NCBI GenBank assembly: GCA_963662285.2
Contig: CAXXMV010000001.1
Span: 768,001 to 832,000 of the forward strand
DNA: 64,000 nucleotides
Reading direction: 5' to 3'
From: a bacterium
GTDB lineage: Bacteria; Hinthialibacterota; Hinthialibacteria; Hinthialibacterales; Hinthialibacteraceae
Positions within the stretch are counted from its first letter, which is position 1. The number at the start of each line of letters is the position of its first letter. Shown here piece by piece: positions 8,663 to 18,551 of this stretch. Under the pieces are notes generated by a model. The model worked only from the letters and a program-made list of their open reading frames with translations. It had not been told where the DNA came from and made no database searches. The position numbers were made by a program, and so were the translations under genes.

Positions 8663-11600
8663 TTATCTTTCTGGTTTAGTAGATGGCGTTCTTCTTAATT
8701 GTACTTGAACCGATTCGCTTGACGCGGGAGATTCAAGACTTTGGTTGATAAAGAACATTATCTGATTTTTCACATTGTCCGATATTACCAGATCATCAAG
8801 GGAATCATTGTTTAAGTTAACAGTTGAAATTGAAAAACTCTGATTCAATGGAAAACTATCGGCTATCGGATTCACTACTGCATCATCATACCTCCCCGCA
8901 TCAGAACTGCAAACCATAAGCAGACTAGGTTTCTCTGATTCAATATCCTGCCCGGCCAATATAAATTCCCATTTACCATCTCCATCATAATCACCTCCGG
9001 TTATACCGCGCATTATAAAGTCAGGCGTAGAATAATGATCCCACATGATTTTTTGATCCACCAAACCATATCCAATAAACAATTCCCGGAAAAATGTATA
9101 TACCGCGATACAGGAAGGATATCCATCAACAAACCGTCCTTTCATCAATCCCAGAGGAATATTTCCTGAAACAGCCAAATCCATTTCTTTTGCCATAATT
9201 ATCCGTGGAATATTATTCTTGATTGAGCATACATAGATCATGTTTGGATTAACGCTGGTAAATACCATTTCATCAATACTATCTTCATCAATATCAACCG
9301 CAATAACATGAACCGGATTACCTTCAATATCTAATGAATTGCGCATTTCAATTGATCGATCTTTACCAATCGCCAAAACGCCAATTTCTTCATATCCAAG
9401 GCAAACCAGAGAACTTTCATGGAAATTCAGAAAATACCCTGGCGCCATATATTTATATTTTGCCGAGTGTCCTTGCTCCAAAGGCAGAGATACCCGAAAT
9501 GGTAAATCTATATCAGAATAATCATCCAGAGTTCCATCGCCGCATCCCCAATAAATGCGGATATGTGAATTGAAACCTGCCAAAAGCGCAATATCTTCAA
9601 AACCATCTACATCCAGGTCTCCCACACACGCCTCAAAACAACCTTCTCCACCGGCATCCAGCGATATCTTTTGATATTCTTCATGGGTAATACTCAACAA
9701 CAATGTCGCGGCATCGCCATCCCAATCCGCTGTCAGTAAATCGGTAATCCCATCTCCATTCAAATCCTCTGAGACCAGATCAATCGGAGACGATCCAGTA
9801 TGCTCAACTCTGGTTAATTTGAAGGACATTCTTTTTTCTTTGGATAAAATCAACAGATCCGACATGGGTGTTGGAGTTGGATTTGGCGTTTTTATTTCAA
9901 TTGGCGTAAATGTCGGGATTCTATTTGGAGAAATCTCTCGTGGTTCCACTGTTGGCTTTGGAACCGGAGTTAATCTACTTCCAGGCTCAACAACCAGCGG
10001 GAATGTAAGCGTAGGCGTTGCAGTAGACTTAATCCCAGGAGTACTACTTGGCGTATTAGTCGGTTCCGGCGTAGGTTCGATATATTTAGCAATCACAGGC
10101 AACTGAAAAAACTTATTCAACTGGAGTTCATTTGGTTTCATCCAAACCCGACCATCCGGCAATACCCTCGCTTCCTGGATATTCTCCGGCAAGGATTCCA
10201 GAATATCAAATACAATCCAGTTGCGAGGAATATCTTGCGGGATCACTTTGTCATACAAAGAAAATTCAGTAACTTTTCCATCATTCTCAGAAACCAAACT
10301 TACCGGATCGTAAAACACCTGTTCCAAAATTAAATGCGAAACTTTTATGAATATTCTTCGCGCTACTGATAAATAACCATCCGATGCGCGAATGACTGCT
10401 GAATAAAGGCCTACTGATTTTGGATTCTTGATGGACAATCGCGCATTTTCATCAATTACCAAGTCTGGAGAATCAATATTTGATTTATCGACTGTCCAAA
10501 CAAGATATTTTCTGGATTTTTCACTAGCGATCAAATAATCGTTTAAGTTCAATACTCCCTCTATAGACTGATTAATAATTACGCGAAGATCGGGAATTCT
10601 GTTCAACTGAATAAATGATGGGATATCTTCAAATCGTATCTGTGTTGGAGTTCTTGTTGGAGTTGCAGTAACTGTGGGCGTCTTTGTGGCCGTTATTGTT
10701 GGAGTATTGGTTGGCGTAAAACTTGGCTCTACTATTGGCGTCATGCTTGGCGTTGGACTGAATGTACTGGTCAGCGTCGCTGTACTGGTTGCTGTTCTGG
10801 TTGGAGAATTGATTGGTTCTAACGTTGGCGTCGCGCTTGGAGTTACATTAAATACGCTGGTCACTGTCGCTGTATTGGTTGCTGTACTCGTTGGAGACTT
10901 GGTAGGCGTAAATGTTGGTAAAGGGGTATAAGAAGGCGCTGGCGTGAAGGTTGGCGCAGACGTAAACGTTGGCTCAGGCGTGAAGGTTGATACGGGCGTA
11001 TAGGTTGGCGCAGGAGTAAAAGTGGGAACTGGCGTCGCCGTGTTTGTTGGTGTTCCGGTTGGTGTTCCGGTTGGTGTTCCGGTTGGTGTTCCGGTTTGCG
11101 TGTTGATTGGCGCCGCCGTCGGCGTTGCGCTTGGCGTTGGACTGAAGGTGCTGGTAACCGTCGCCGTGTTGGTTGGCGTATTGGTTGGTTCTACCGTCGG
11201 CGTTGCGCTTGGCGTTGGGCTGAAAGTGCTGGTGGCTGTCGCCGTGTTGGATGGCGTGTTGATTGGCTCTACCGTTGGCGTCGCGCTTGGCGTTGGACTG
11301 GAGGCGCTTGTCGCTGTTGCCGTATTTGTTGGCGTATTGGTTGGCTCCGCCGTTGGCGTCGCGCTTGGCGTTGGACTGGAGGCGCTTGTCGCTGTTGCCG
11401 TATTTGTTGGCGTATTGGTTGGCTCCGCCGTCGGCGTTGCGCTTGGCGTTGGGCTGAAAGTGCTTGTCGCTGTTGCCGTATTTGTTGGCGTATGGGTTGG
11501 CTCTACCGTCGGCGTTGCGCTTGGCATTGGACTGAAAGTGCTGGTGGCTGTTGCCGTATTTGTTGGCTTATTGGTTAGCGTCGCCGTCGGCGTTGCGCTT

Positions 11601-12589
11601 GGCTTTGGACTGAAAGTGCTGGTGGCTGTTGCCGTATTTGTTGGCTTATTGGTTAGCGTCGCCGTCGGCGTTGCGCTTGGCGTTGGGCTGAAAGTGCTGG
11701 TGGCTGTCGCCGTGTTGGATGGCGTGTTGATTGGCTCTACCGTTGGCGTCGCGCTTGGCGTTGGACTGGAGGCGCTTGTCGCTGTTGCCGTATTTGTTGG
11801 CGTATTGGTTGGCTCCGCCGTCGGCGTTGCGCTTGGCGTTGGGCTGAAAGTGCTGGTGGCTGTCGCCGTATTGGATGGCGTATGGGTTGGCTCTACCGTT
11901 GGCGTTGCGCTTGACGTTGGACTAAAGGTGCTGGTGGCTGTTGCCATGTTGGTTGGAGTATTGGTTAGAGCCGCCGTCGGCGTTGCGCTTGGCTTTGGAC
12001 TGAAAGTGCTGGTGGCTGTTGCCGTATTTGTTGGCTTATTGGTTAGCGTCGCCGTCGGCGTTGCGCTTGGCTTTGGACTGAAAGTGCTGGTGGCTGTTGC
12101 CGTATTTGTTGGCTTATTGGTTAGCGTCGCCGTCGGCGTTGCGCTTGGCGTTGGGCTGAAAGTGCTGGTGGCTGTTGCCGTGTTTGATGGCGTGTTGGTT
12201 AGCTCTACCGATGGTGTTGCGCTTGGCTTTGGACTGGAGGTGCTTGTCGCTGTTGCCGTATTTGTTGGCGTATTGGTTAGCGTCGCCGTCGGCGTTGCGC
12301 TTGGCGTTGGACTGAAAGTGCTGGTGGCTGTCGCCGTGTTGGTTGGCGTGCTGGTGGAAGTATTGGTTGGCGTAAAGGTTGGAGTTGCGCTTGGTGTTGG
12401 AGAAGAGGTTGGTGTTAGAGTATTAACCGGCGTTTTAATAACAGTTGGGGTTGGCGTATCTGTTGCTGTTGGAGTAAAAGTCATTGTGGGCGTTGCGTTT
12501 GGAGAAACGGCAAAGCTCTTAGTGACAAGAAAAACCAACCATAAAGTTAGAAGAACCTTTTGAAGATTCATTTTCCAAAAGTTTTTCAT
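8663..12589 (-). CDS. Secreted Thr/Pro-rich (mucin-like) repeat protein with C-terminal FG-GAP/VCBS repeats
   Basis: Signal peptide, about 620 aa of T/P/S/A repeats, then [32 protein letters not shown] and [10 protein letters not shown] repeats. Confidence 0.88.
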   Translation of the reverse strand: MKNFWKMNLQKVLLTLWLVFLVTKSFAVSPNATPTMTFTPTATDTPTPTVIKTPVNTLTPTSSPTPSATPTFTPTNTSTSTPTNTATATSTFSPTPSATPTATLTNTPTNTATATSTSSPKPSATPSVELTNTPSNTATATSTFSPTPSATPTATLTNKPTNTATATSTFSPKPSATPTATLTNKPTNTATATSTFSPKPSATPTAALTNTPTNMATATSTFSPTSSATPTVEPTHTPSNTATATSTFSPTPSATPTAEPTNTPTNTATATSASSPTPSATPTVEPINTPSNTATATSTFSPTPSATPTATLTNKPTNTATATSTFSPKPSATPTATLTNKPTNTATATSTFSPMPSATPTVEPTHTPTNTATATSTFSPTPSATPTAEPTNTPTNTATATSASSPTPSATPTAEPTNTPTNTATATSASSPTPSATPTVEPINTPSNTATATSTFSPTPSATPTVEPTNTPTNTATVTSTFSPTPSATPTAAPINTQTGTPTGTPTGTPTGTPTNTATPVPTFTPAPTYTPVSTFTPEPTFTSAPTFTPAPSYTPLPTFTPTKSPTSTATNTATVTSVFNVTPSATPTLEPINSPTRTATSTATLTSTFSPTPSMTPIVEPSFTPTNTPTITATKTPTVTATPTRTPTQIRFEDIPSFIQLNRIPDLRVIINQSIEGVLNLNDYLIASEKSRKYLVWTVDKSNIDSPDLVIDENARLSIKNPKSVGLYSAVIRASDGYLSVARRIFIKVSHLILEQVFYDPVSLVSENDGKVTEFSLYDKVIPQDIPRNWIVFDILESLPENIQEARVLPDGRVWMKPNELQLNKFFQLPVIAKYIEPTPEPTNTPSSTPGIKSTATPTLTFPLVVEPGSRLTPVPKPTVEPREISPNRIPTFTPIEIKTPNPTPTPMSDLLILSKEKRMSFKLTRVEHTGSSPIDLVSEDLNGDGITDLLTADWDGDAATLLLSITHEEYQKISLDAGGEGCFEACVGDLDVDGFEDIALLAGFNSHIRIYWGCGDGTLDDYSDIDLPFRVSLPLEQGHSAKYKYMAPGYFLNFHESSLVCLGYEEIGVLAIGKDRSIEMRNSLDIEGNPVHVIAVDIDEDSIDEMVFTSVNPNMIYVCSIKNNIPRIIMAKEMDLAVSGNIPLGLMKGRFVDGYPSCIAVYTFFRELFIGYGLVDQKIMWDHYSTPDFIMRGITGGDYDGDGKWEFILAGQDIESEKPSLLMVCSSDAGRYDDAVVNPIADSFPLNQSFSISTVNLNNDSLDDLVISDNVKNQIMFFINQSLESPASSESVQVQLRRTPSTKPER
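11098..12349. repeat. Intragenic 78-bp tandem repeat, about 16 units
   Basis: 26-aa unit PTPSATPTA(T/E)(L/P)TN(T/K)[12 protein letters not shown]: 15 full copies plus partial ends. Adjacent 12-bp (TGTP) and 18-bp (PTFTPA) repeats. Confidence 0.95.
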
Positions 12590-12644
12590 CAGAGAACCTG
12601 AAAAAAAAGATGACTCTTCTACTATTTAATCTCACTAGAGCGAT

Positions 12645-12675
12645 TAGAGCGATTCTCAAAATAACGTGCGTTAAT
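12645..12675. repeat. MITE-like family B, left-end fragment
   Basis: AGAGCGATTCTCAAAATAACGTGCGT (26 bp) is identical to 38931-38956. Confidence 0.75.
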
Positions 12676-12881
12676 CTCGAAAAAGTACGCTATTTCTCAA
12701 ACCAGTGCATCTTACTTGCAGTAATAATACAAAATATCGTACAGATTATAATGGGACTCCATAATATATACCATATAATGCATCACGCCTAGCATATATA
12801 AATACATGTACTATTTCACAACTTATATATTAGTATTTATTAATGGTAAATTACATCGAAAGGTTTACGGGCACGGATAAT

Positions 12882-13640
12882 TCAATCCTGACCGAACCGT
12901 GACCGGCTGACCAATTCCAGCCCACGGAGATTGAGGTGAGTGTCGTGGATATCGAAGATATTTTCATCTGCGAAGATATTGCTTACGCCGCCTGTACCTA
13001 TAACGGTTGCCTTGCCTCCCAGTTTTTGCTTAATTCGTCGAATCATACCTTCAATCATGCTTAATGAACCGTAATAGATTCCCGATTTCATGTGATCAAG
13101 AGTATTTTTGGCGATTAGTTCTTTAGGTTTATCCCAAACGACGGGCGGTAGGAGGGCTGTGCGTTGAGTTAAGGCTTCGAGAGATATTTTGACGCCGGGC
13201 GCAATTGCGCCTCCCAGGTATTCTCCATCAGCGGATATGGCTTCAAAAGTGGTTGCCGTACCAAGGCTTACTACAATGGCGGGTAAATCATATAAACGGC
13301 TGACAGCAAAACAGTTAACAATTCGATCTACTCCCACGCTTTTAGGACGATCCACCAGTAACGGTAAAAGTTCAGTCTTAAAATCATCGACCATAAGTGG
13401 AGCAATATTACGCCGTTCAAAGATCAAGGTTTCAAGCAGGTCGCCTAAGGCGGGAACCACAGATCCAATCACTACGTGATCCAGGTTGGGAGTTAATGAT
13501 TCTACAATCCCATATATCTTCTCACTGTATTCAGAAGCGGAAGGAAGAAAATCATGTTGGAGGAGTGTGGAGTCCTCAAATAAACCGACATCGGTGGAAC
13601 TGTTGCCAATATCAATAGCAACGATGCGAATGGGATCCAT
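12882..13640 (-). CDS. coaX: Type III pantothenate kinase
   Basis: IDIGNSST, GVDR, LGTATT and GGAIAPG motifs. Confidence 0.95.
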   Translation of the reverse strand: MDPIRIVAIDIGNSSTDVGLFEDSTLLQHDFLPSASEYSEKIYGIVESLTPNLDHVVIGSVVPALGDLLETLIFERRNIAPLMVDDFKTELLPLLVDRPKSVGVDRIVNCFAVSRLYDLPAIVVSLGTATTFEAISADGEYLGGAIAPGVKISLEALTQRTALLPPVVWDKPKELIAKNTLDHMKSGIYYGSLSMIEGMIRRIKQKLGGKATVIGTGGVSNIFADENIFDIHDTHLNLRGLELVSRSRFGQD

Positions 13641-13643
13641 AAT

Positions 13644-14357
13644 TTATCGCGGTTCAGCGGCTTGGGCGTTAGAAGGAGAAAAACTGGAAGATGGCTTTTT
13701 ATTGGCGATATTTCTTCTTACCGATGGTGGAGGAACATCATTAATGAAGCCCATACGGGTTATTGGCCAATAGCGGAATACGGCTTTGCCCATAATATTC
13801 TCGACCGGAACACCGCCCCAGGCGCGGCTATCCCAGCTATTTCCACTATTATCGCCGAACACGTAAACCTGATCATCGGGAACATGAAAGCGGTTAGGCG
13901 AATTTCTACGCAATTTATAATACTCGTTCTCTACAAAGAAATGCGGATCATCCAGCAATTCACCATTACGGTAAATATTATTGTTGCGTACTTCTAATTC
14001 ATCACCGGGTAATCCTACTACCCGTTTGATGTAATAGGGTTTTTCCTCATAATCCAAACCCTCTATATTCTCTGTCTTGAATACAATAATATCACCTACC
14101 TCAACATCATGCAGTTGATAGGTGAACTTGCTGACAAATATCCGGTCGTTGATCTGCAAGGTATCCAACATGGATTCAGAAGGTATTTTATAGGCTTCTA
14201 TAATAAATGATTTTATTATCAGAGCCAAAATCAATGCGGTATAGAGCGCTTCGAAATTCTCATAAAAACGATAATGGTAACTGATATGGTCTACCAGCGC
14301 CCGTCCCCATGAGAAATAGCGTAATTTTGAAGCGACGTGAAAGTAAAATTTTCTCAT
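13644..14357 (-). CDS. lepB: Signal peptidase I
   Basis: IPSESM (Ser), YIKRVVGLPGD (Lys) and GDNSGNSWDSR motifs. Confidence 0.95.
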   Translation of the reverse strand: MRKFYFHVASKLRYFSWGRALVDHISYHYRFYENFEALYTALILALIIKSFIIEAYKIPSESMLDTLQINDRIFVSKFTYQLHDVEVGDIIVFKTENIEGLDYEEKPYYIKRVVGLPGDELEVRNNNIYRNGELLDDPHFFVENEYYKLRRNSPNRFHVPDDQVYVFGDNSGNSWDSRAWGGVPVENIMGKAVFRYWPITRMGFINDVPPPSVRRNIANKKPSSSFSPSNAQAAEPR

Positions 14358-14528
14358 ACTACCTCTTACGAAAACAATTCGACGATTATTTAAAATTCTT
14401 ACACAATATTCTAGCGTATTTAGACTGATTTGTATAATAACGTTCGTTTAAGCGTTTTATAAGAAGCCAAAAAACAAGGATTTTTTTACAATGTTTTTCA
14501 GAAAATGAACACTATTATGAGAACTACT

Positions 14529-15767
14529 CTAATCTAAAAAATTGACAAAAACCTCATTACTTACAGTGACTGCTCGATATGTAAGTCGGAGATAATCTCC
14601 ATTTTGTTCCAGTAAACCATTATCTTCAAGGCGGCTAATTGCTTTTCCCCATTTGTCAAAGGGACTGTAACCGAACCTTCTCTTGAAGCAAGAGGCGGAG
14701 ATTCCCTCCATCAGACGCAAGCCGAAAATCATGGCGTCAGATGCCATCTCATCATTTGATAATTCAACGCGCTCTTCGAGAAGTCCCGCAGTCCAGAAAT
14801 CATGGTTAAAACATTCACTGCGCAGAATCCCGACATAAGTTTCCGGATCACTGATCATAGCATAACTTAGGCGATTAATCATACCGTGAGAGGATGCTCC
14901 AACCGCCAGATAATCATTGCGCCGCCAATAAAGTTGGTTATGGAGGCTCTCTTTGCCAGAACGGCTCCAGTTCGATATTTCATACTGGTTCCAGCCATAA
15001 TCAGCCAGAAAATCCCTACTCCAATCATACATCTTAAGATACGTTTCATCCAGCACAGAGGTTATATCGCCTTGATCAATCAGCAGTTTTAACGGCGTAC
15101 CATCCTCATAGGTCAATCCATAGGCTGAGAGATGATCGGGTTGGCATTCCAGCGCTTTTTTTAATGTATCCTGCCAACTATACAACGTCTGTCCCGGAAG
15201 GGCGAAGATCAGGTCAAGCGAGATATTATCTAATCCCGCAGAGCGGGCGTAATCGATTGCTGTTCTGATATCATTGGACTTATGCACCCGTCCCAGTATT
15301 GCCAACTGGTCATCATCAAAAGATTGCGCTCCAAGACTTACCCGGTTCAATCCATAAGGGAGCAAGGCGGTAAACAGTTCTTCCGATGAACTTTCCGGAT
15401 TGGCTTCAAGGGTAATTTCTGCATCTGCATTTAGTTTAAAATTATTATTTATAGTATCAAAAATCCTGGATAAGCGTGCTATTCCTAAAAGACTGGGAGT
15501 TCCTCCGCCAAGATAGATCGAACATAACTTACGATCTGCAATTTCATTGGCGCCGCACTCAAGATGCTGGCATATTGCATCGACATAGTAATCCATTTGT
15601 TGATCATTATTTGGAACAGAAGAGACAAAGGTGCAGTAATTACATTTGCTGCGGCAAAAGGGAATATGCAGATATAGACCAAGATCAGCATCCGGTGGTG
15701 AAGATGAGTAACTCTCTACACTGTCAGAATTACAGGAATTTGGAAAATTTTTTGCTGATTCTGCCAT
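14529..15767 (-). CDS. hemW: Radical SAM heme chaperone HemW (HemN-like)
   Basis: LYLHIPFCRSKCNYC, GGGTPS, YEISNW and HNQLYW motifs. Confidence 0.92.
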   Translation of the reverse strand: MAESAKNFPNSCNSDSVESYSSSPPDADLGLYLHIPFCRSKCNYCTFVSSVPNNDQQMDYYVDAICQHLECGANEIADRKLCSIYLGGGTPSLLGIARLSRIFDTINNNFKLNADAEITLEANPESSSEELFTALLPYGLNRVSLGAQSFDDDQLAILGRVHKSNDIRTAIDYARSAGLDNISLDLIFALPGQTLYSWQDTLKKALECQPDHLSAYGLTYEDGTPLKLLIDQGDITSVLDETYLKMYDWSRDFLADYGWNQYEISNWSRSGKESLHNQLYWRRNDYLAVGASSHGMINRLSYAMISDPETYVGILRSECFNHDFWTAGLLEERVELSNDEMASDAMIFGLRLMEGISASCFKRRFGYSPFDKWGKAISRLEDNGLLEQNGDYLRLTYRAVTVSNEVFVNFLD

Positions 15768-15885
15768 TTCGGGGAAAAAAATTCCTGTTTCAGATTTGCA
15801 TATACAGATATGCAGCGCACTTTTAATCCTAGCAAGTATCGAAGATTAGGCAAGTTAGCAAGAGAATAGGTCACTCTTTTCAAAT

Positions 15886-15901
15886 TGGTACGGCGGTTGC
15901 A
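15886..15901 (+). promoter_or_regulatory. Putative sigma54 (-24/-12) promoter
   Basis: TGGTACGGCGGTTGCA matches TGGCACG-N4-TTGC(A/T) with exact GG-N10-GC spacing. Confidence 0.5.
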
Positions 15902-16270
15902 ATTGCCATTGATTGTATACGATTCTGGAAATCGCTTCAAACTAACGGATTTCAGATAGAACTGGCTCTGCACCATAAAATCGGTTAAAGCGCAAGTGCG
16001 GGTGTGGATCAAGCGCAAGTTGGGATTTATGCGAAAACGCAATATCTCTGTCTGAATGAAAAAACTTAATCTCAATTCAGCATCTTTCTGAATGAAAGGA
16101 GCACTGATATTTGAATAGATTTGGTTATTATCAGCCCCAATGGGGCAACGTTATTAAAAACCGTGGCATAGTCCTGGATAGGGACAAGTCTGACTCAATA
16201 TCATTTGTCTAATTTGGATATTTATGATTTTTAATGATTAGATTTATGTTATAAAACGAACTTAATTTAA

Positions 16271-16606
16271 TTATCCGGGGAATTGTCCCGGGGTAAATAT
16301 ATTTGAATATCGCCGGCGATAAATGCCGGAGAAGACACGGAGGTTTTCTCCGGCGTATAAACCGTATTACGCAACATGGGTTGAGGGAATCCATAGACGC
16401 CGACTACGGATTGTAATCGCCTCAGGCGCTTTATATTATCGCGATTGTCAGAATAGTGCGTTTAAACACAGTCTTTTGGCAACCGCATTAAGAGGGCGAA
16501 ACCCAAGTGGGATAGCTATGTCTGCGTAAATGCAACCAAATGATGAATGCGTGACGACGCATCAGCTTTTACATCATTTTTCGCTTATTTTCCACGGAGG
16601 GAAAAT
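16271..16606 (+). ncRNA. Candidate structured RNA or leader with CsrA/RsmA-type GGA hairpin loops
   Basis: Hairpins at 16323-16356 and 16587-16606 both display a C-ACGGAG-G loop. A third ACGGA lies at 16406, with several further stems. Confidence 0.4.
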
Positions 16607-16627
16607 CCGGATTGATGAGGAGAAATC

Positions 16628-17029
16628 ATGAGTAACATTCACAACCAGTTTTATGAGGAAGACCGGCTCAAAAGAAAAGAAGCCTATTTAATGGCCAAGG
16701 GGAATCCATGGCTATTATGGCGCTTACAGGCATTTCGCGCGGGGTATATTCCACCGTTATTGCCGGGAAGCATTCCAGCCGATATGATCGGAATTCCACT
16801 CGGTCCGCAGGATGATTACAATGCGGAACAGTTAGTTAAACACGCCAATAATGTTCGTGTTCGTGAGAAGAGTTATCTGGCCAAGATGTTCACCGTTCTG
16901 GTTATAACCGCGACGCTATTGTTCAGTTTGAGTTTCTTTTTGCATTATAAAACCGGCAGCAAATTCCGCATCCCTATGCTGGATTCCATGTCGCCGCTCA
17001 TGCAGACAAACCAAACATATTCACGTTAA
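16628..17029 (+). CDS. Hypothetical single-pass membrane protein
   Basis: GAGGAG RBS, 133-aa ORF with one TM segment, followed by a terminator. Confidence 0.75.
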   Translation: MSNIHNQFYEEDRLKRKEAYLMAKGNPWLLWRLQAFRAGYIPPLLPGSIPADMIGIPLGPQDDYNAEQLVKHANNVRVREKSYLAKMFTVLVITATLLFSLSFFLHYKTGSKFRIPMLDSMSPLMQTNQTYSR

Positions 17030-17054
17030 ACCAAGTACTTTCAATTAAAACATT

Positions 17055-17090
17055 AAATCCCCTGCTTTTTCACATGCGGGGGATTTTTTT
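17055..17090 (+). terminator. Rho-independent terminator
   Basis: AAATCCCCTGC/GCGGGGGATTT stem plus a T tract. Confidence 0.75.
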
Positions 17091-17134
17091 ATCAAACTGT
17101 TTTATGTACGACAGGATCGAATTATACCTGGGCC

Positions 17135-17467
17135 TTAACGATTGGCTGCTTTCAATGGTTTGAAGGTTATAGAATAACCAAATGTCTCCAGGATACGCTG
17201 AAGGTTCCTAAAACGAGGATTTCCTGATGAAGAAAGCGTCTTATACAAACTTTCCCGTGAAAGGTTGGTTTTTTTTGCCAATTCCGTCATCCCGCCATTG
17301 GCTTTGGCCACTTGGCGTAACGCCGAAAGCAATGCGCCTTCATCCGGGTCTTTTTCGTACTCTTCAAGGACTGTTTGCAGAAATCCTTCCACTTCTTCCG
17401 GGTGTTCTTTGAAGCGTTCTTCTACAACCTCGTCAAAAGTTCTGTATCTAATCTTCTTTTTGCTCAT
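17135..17467 (-). CDS. Addiction module antidote protein (HI1420-like HTH antitoxin)
   Basis: ALRQVAKANGGMTELAKKTNLSRESLYKTLSSSGNP motif. Confidence 0.9.
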   Translation of the reverse strand: MSKKKIRYRTFDEVVEERFKEHPEEVEGFLQTVLEEYEKDPDEGALLSALRQVAKANGGMTELAKKTNLSRESLYKTLSSSGNPRFRNLQRILETFGYSITFKPLKAANR

Positions 17468-17771
17468 GATACTGTCTCCAATATATTAACGCCTTTTCAA
17501 TGTCCCGTTTCTGACTGCTTTTGTCACCACCGCACAGTAAAATAACGATCTCGCCACCATCTCTACCAAAGTATACTCGTAATCCCCCATCAAAGAAAAA
17601 ACGTAGTTCAAAAACACCTGCTCCAACACGTTTATAATCACCGAAATTCCCTTTTTCAATACGATAAATTCGGTCGAAAACACGATCTTTCGTCTTTGGC
17701 GCAAGAGAGTTCAACCATTCTGTAAATGGTTCCTTTTTCCTTTCATCTTCAAAAACGCGAATATGAAACAT
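17448..17771 (-). CDS. Addiction module killer protein (HI1419-like RelE/ParE toxin)
   Basis: GNFGDYKRVGAGVFELR...RVYFG...ILLCGGDKSSQKRDI motif. Confidence 0.9.
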   Translation of the reverse strand: MFHIRVFEDERKKEPFTEWLNSLAPKTKDRVFDRIYRIEKGNFGDYKRVGAGVFELRFFFDGGLRVYFGRDGGEIVILLCGGDKSSQKRDIEKALIYWRQYHEQKED

Positions 17772-17776
17772 TCTAT

Positions 17777-17805
17777 AACGTAATCTATAAGATACGCGGT
17801 GTCAA
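17777..17805 (-). promoter_or_regulatory. Sigma70 promoter of the TA operon, probably leaderless
   Basis: TTGACA-17 bp-TACGTT, ending 5 nt before the toxin ATG. The imperfect palindrome GTATCTTATAGATTAC overlaps the spacer. Confidence 0.6.
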
Positions 17806-17849
17806 GTAAATTCTTTTGCGGTCTCAGTAATCTCAACGCGGTAGGTCAT
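17802..17849 (-). pseudogene. Truncated RelE/ParE toxin N-terminus
   Basis: MTYRVEITETAKEFT* overlaps the end of the Phd-like antitoxin. This is a typical RelE/ParE start. Confidence 0.6.
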
Positions 17850-18128
17850 TTTGATCCAACAATTCGTTGAACACGGATTCGATAGATTGGATTTTTCCTT
17901 CTTGGATATCTTTAAGACTAGCTCTTAAACTCTTTACTGCCCTGGCAAATTCTATAGAATCCAAAATTTCTTGATAAGATTTAACATCTTGTAGAACAAT
18001 CGCAGATTTACCTTTTACGGTTAAAACCACCGGTGCAGTCTGCCGGTTTCTTTAATTTTTTCCATAAACTCCGCTGTATAGCGCTTGAAATTTGATAAAG
18101 AATCTATGTCATCAGACAAGTTAATCAT
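17833..18128 (-). pseudogene. Frameshifted Phd/YefM family antitoxin
   Basis: MINLSDDIDSLSNFKRYTAEFMEKIKETGR, then a frameshift near 18034-18040, then PVVLTVKGKSAIVLQDVKSYQ. Confidence 0.8.
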
Positions 18129-18551
18129 GGGGATGCCTTGCATTAAATTTGATTCATATTTAACGCTATATGGTTTTCATAGATAAAGCAAGATTTATTT
18201 TTAATGGGCGTAATGCAATTCATCCATATTCTGTACTATAGGATTTATACATATTCAATTTTATCCAACGACTTGGCTAGAACATTTATTAAATAATAAG
18301 ATATGATTATTCAACTAAAAGGATATTAGGCGTATAGTATGATGAGCAGGTAAAAAGTGGATGAAAGACGAAACTCAGATTACATCTTGTATCCAATTCT
18401 TATAAATTTCCACGAGTATTGTGATCATGAAAACAGTTTTTGACTTTTCACCGTTTCGTCATAGTATATGTAGCGGTTGAACTGTGTGATTCGTTGGTTA
18501 AAAGAAGCCATTTAGTGAATAGCTCTAAATGCCAGGATTTTTTGGATAAAT

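Noticed and set aside
11098-12349. Regular repeats as a CRISPR array
   Set aside because: Contiguous in-frame coding repeats with no unique spacers and no cas genes.
11022-12563. 513-aa Val/Gly/Ala-rich ORF on the plus strand
   Set aside because: Antisense shadow of the Thr/Pro/Ala repeat codons, which cannot produce stops in that frame.
15716-16075. 119-aa minus-strand ORF and other short ORFs in the hemW upstream region
   Set aside because: No RBS or recognisable motifs, and it overlaps the hemW start. Most short ORFs antisense to long genes in the track were rejected likewise.
16470-16540. c-di-GMP-I riboswitch (GGCAA..., GAAA loop)
   Set aside because: The conserved GGCAAAC...GACGCAAAG arrangement is absent.
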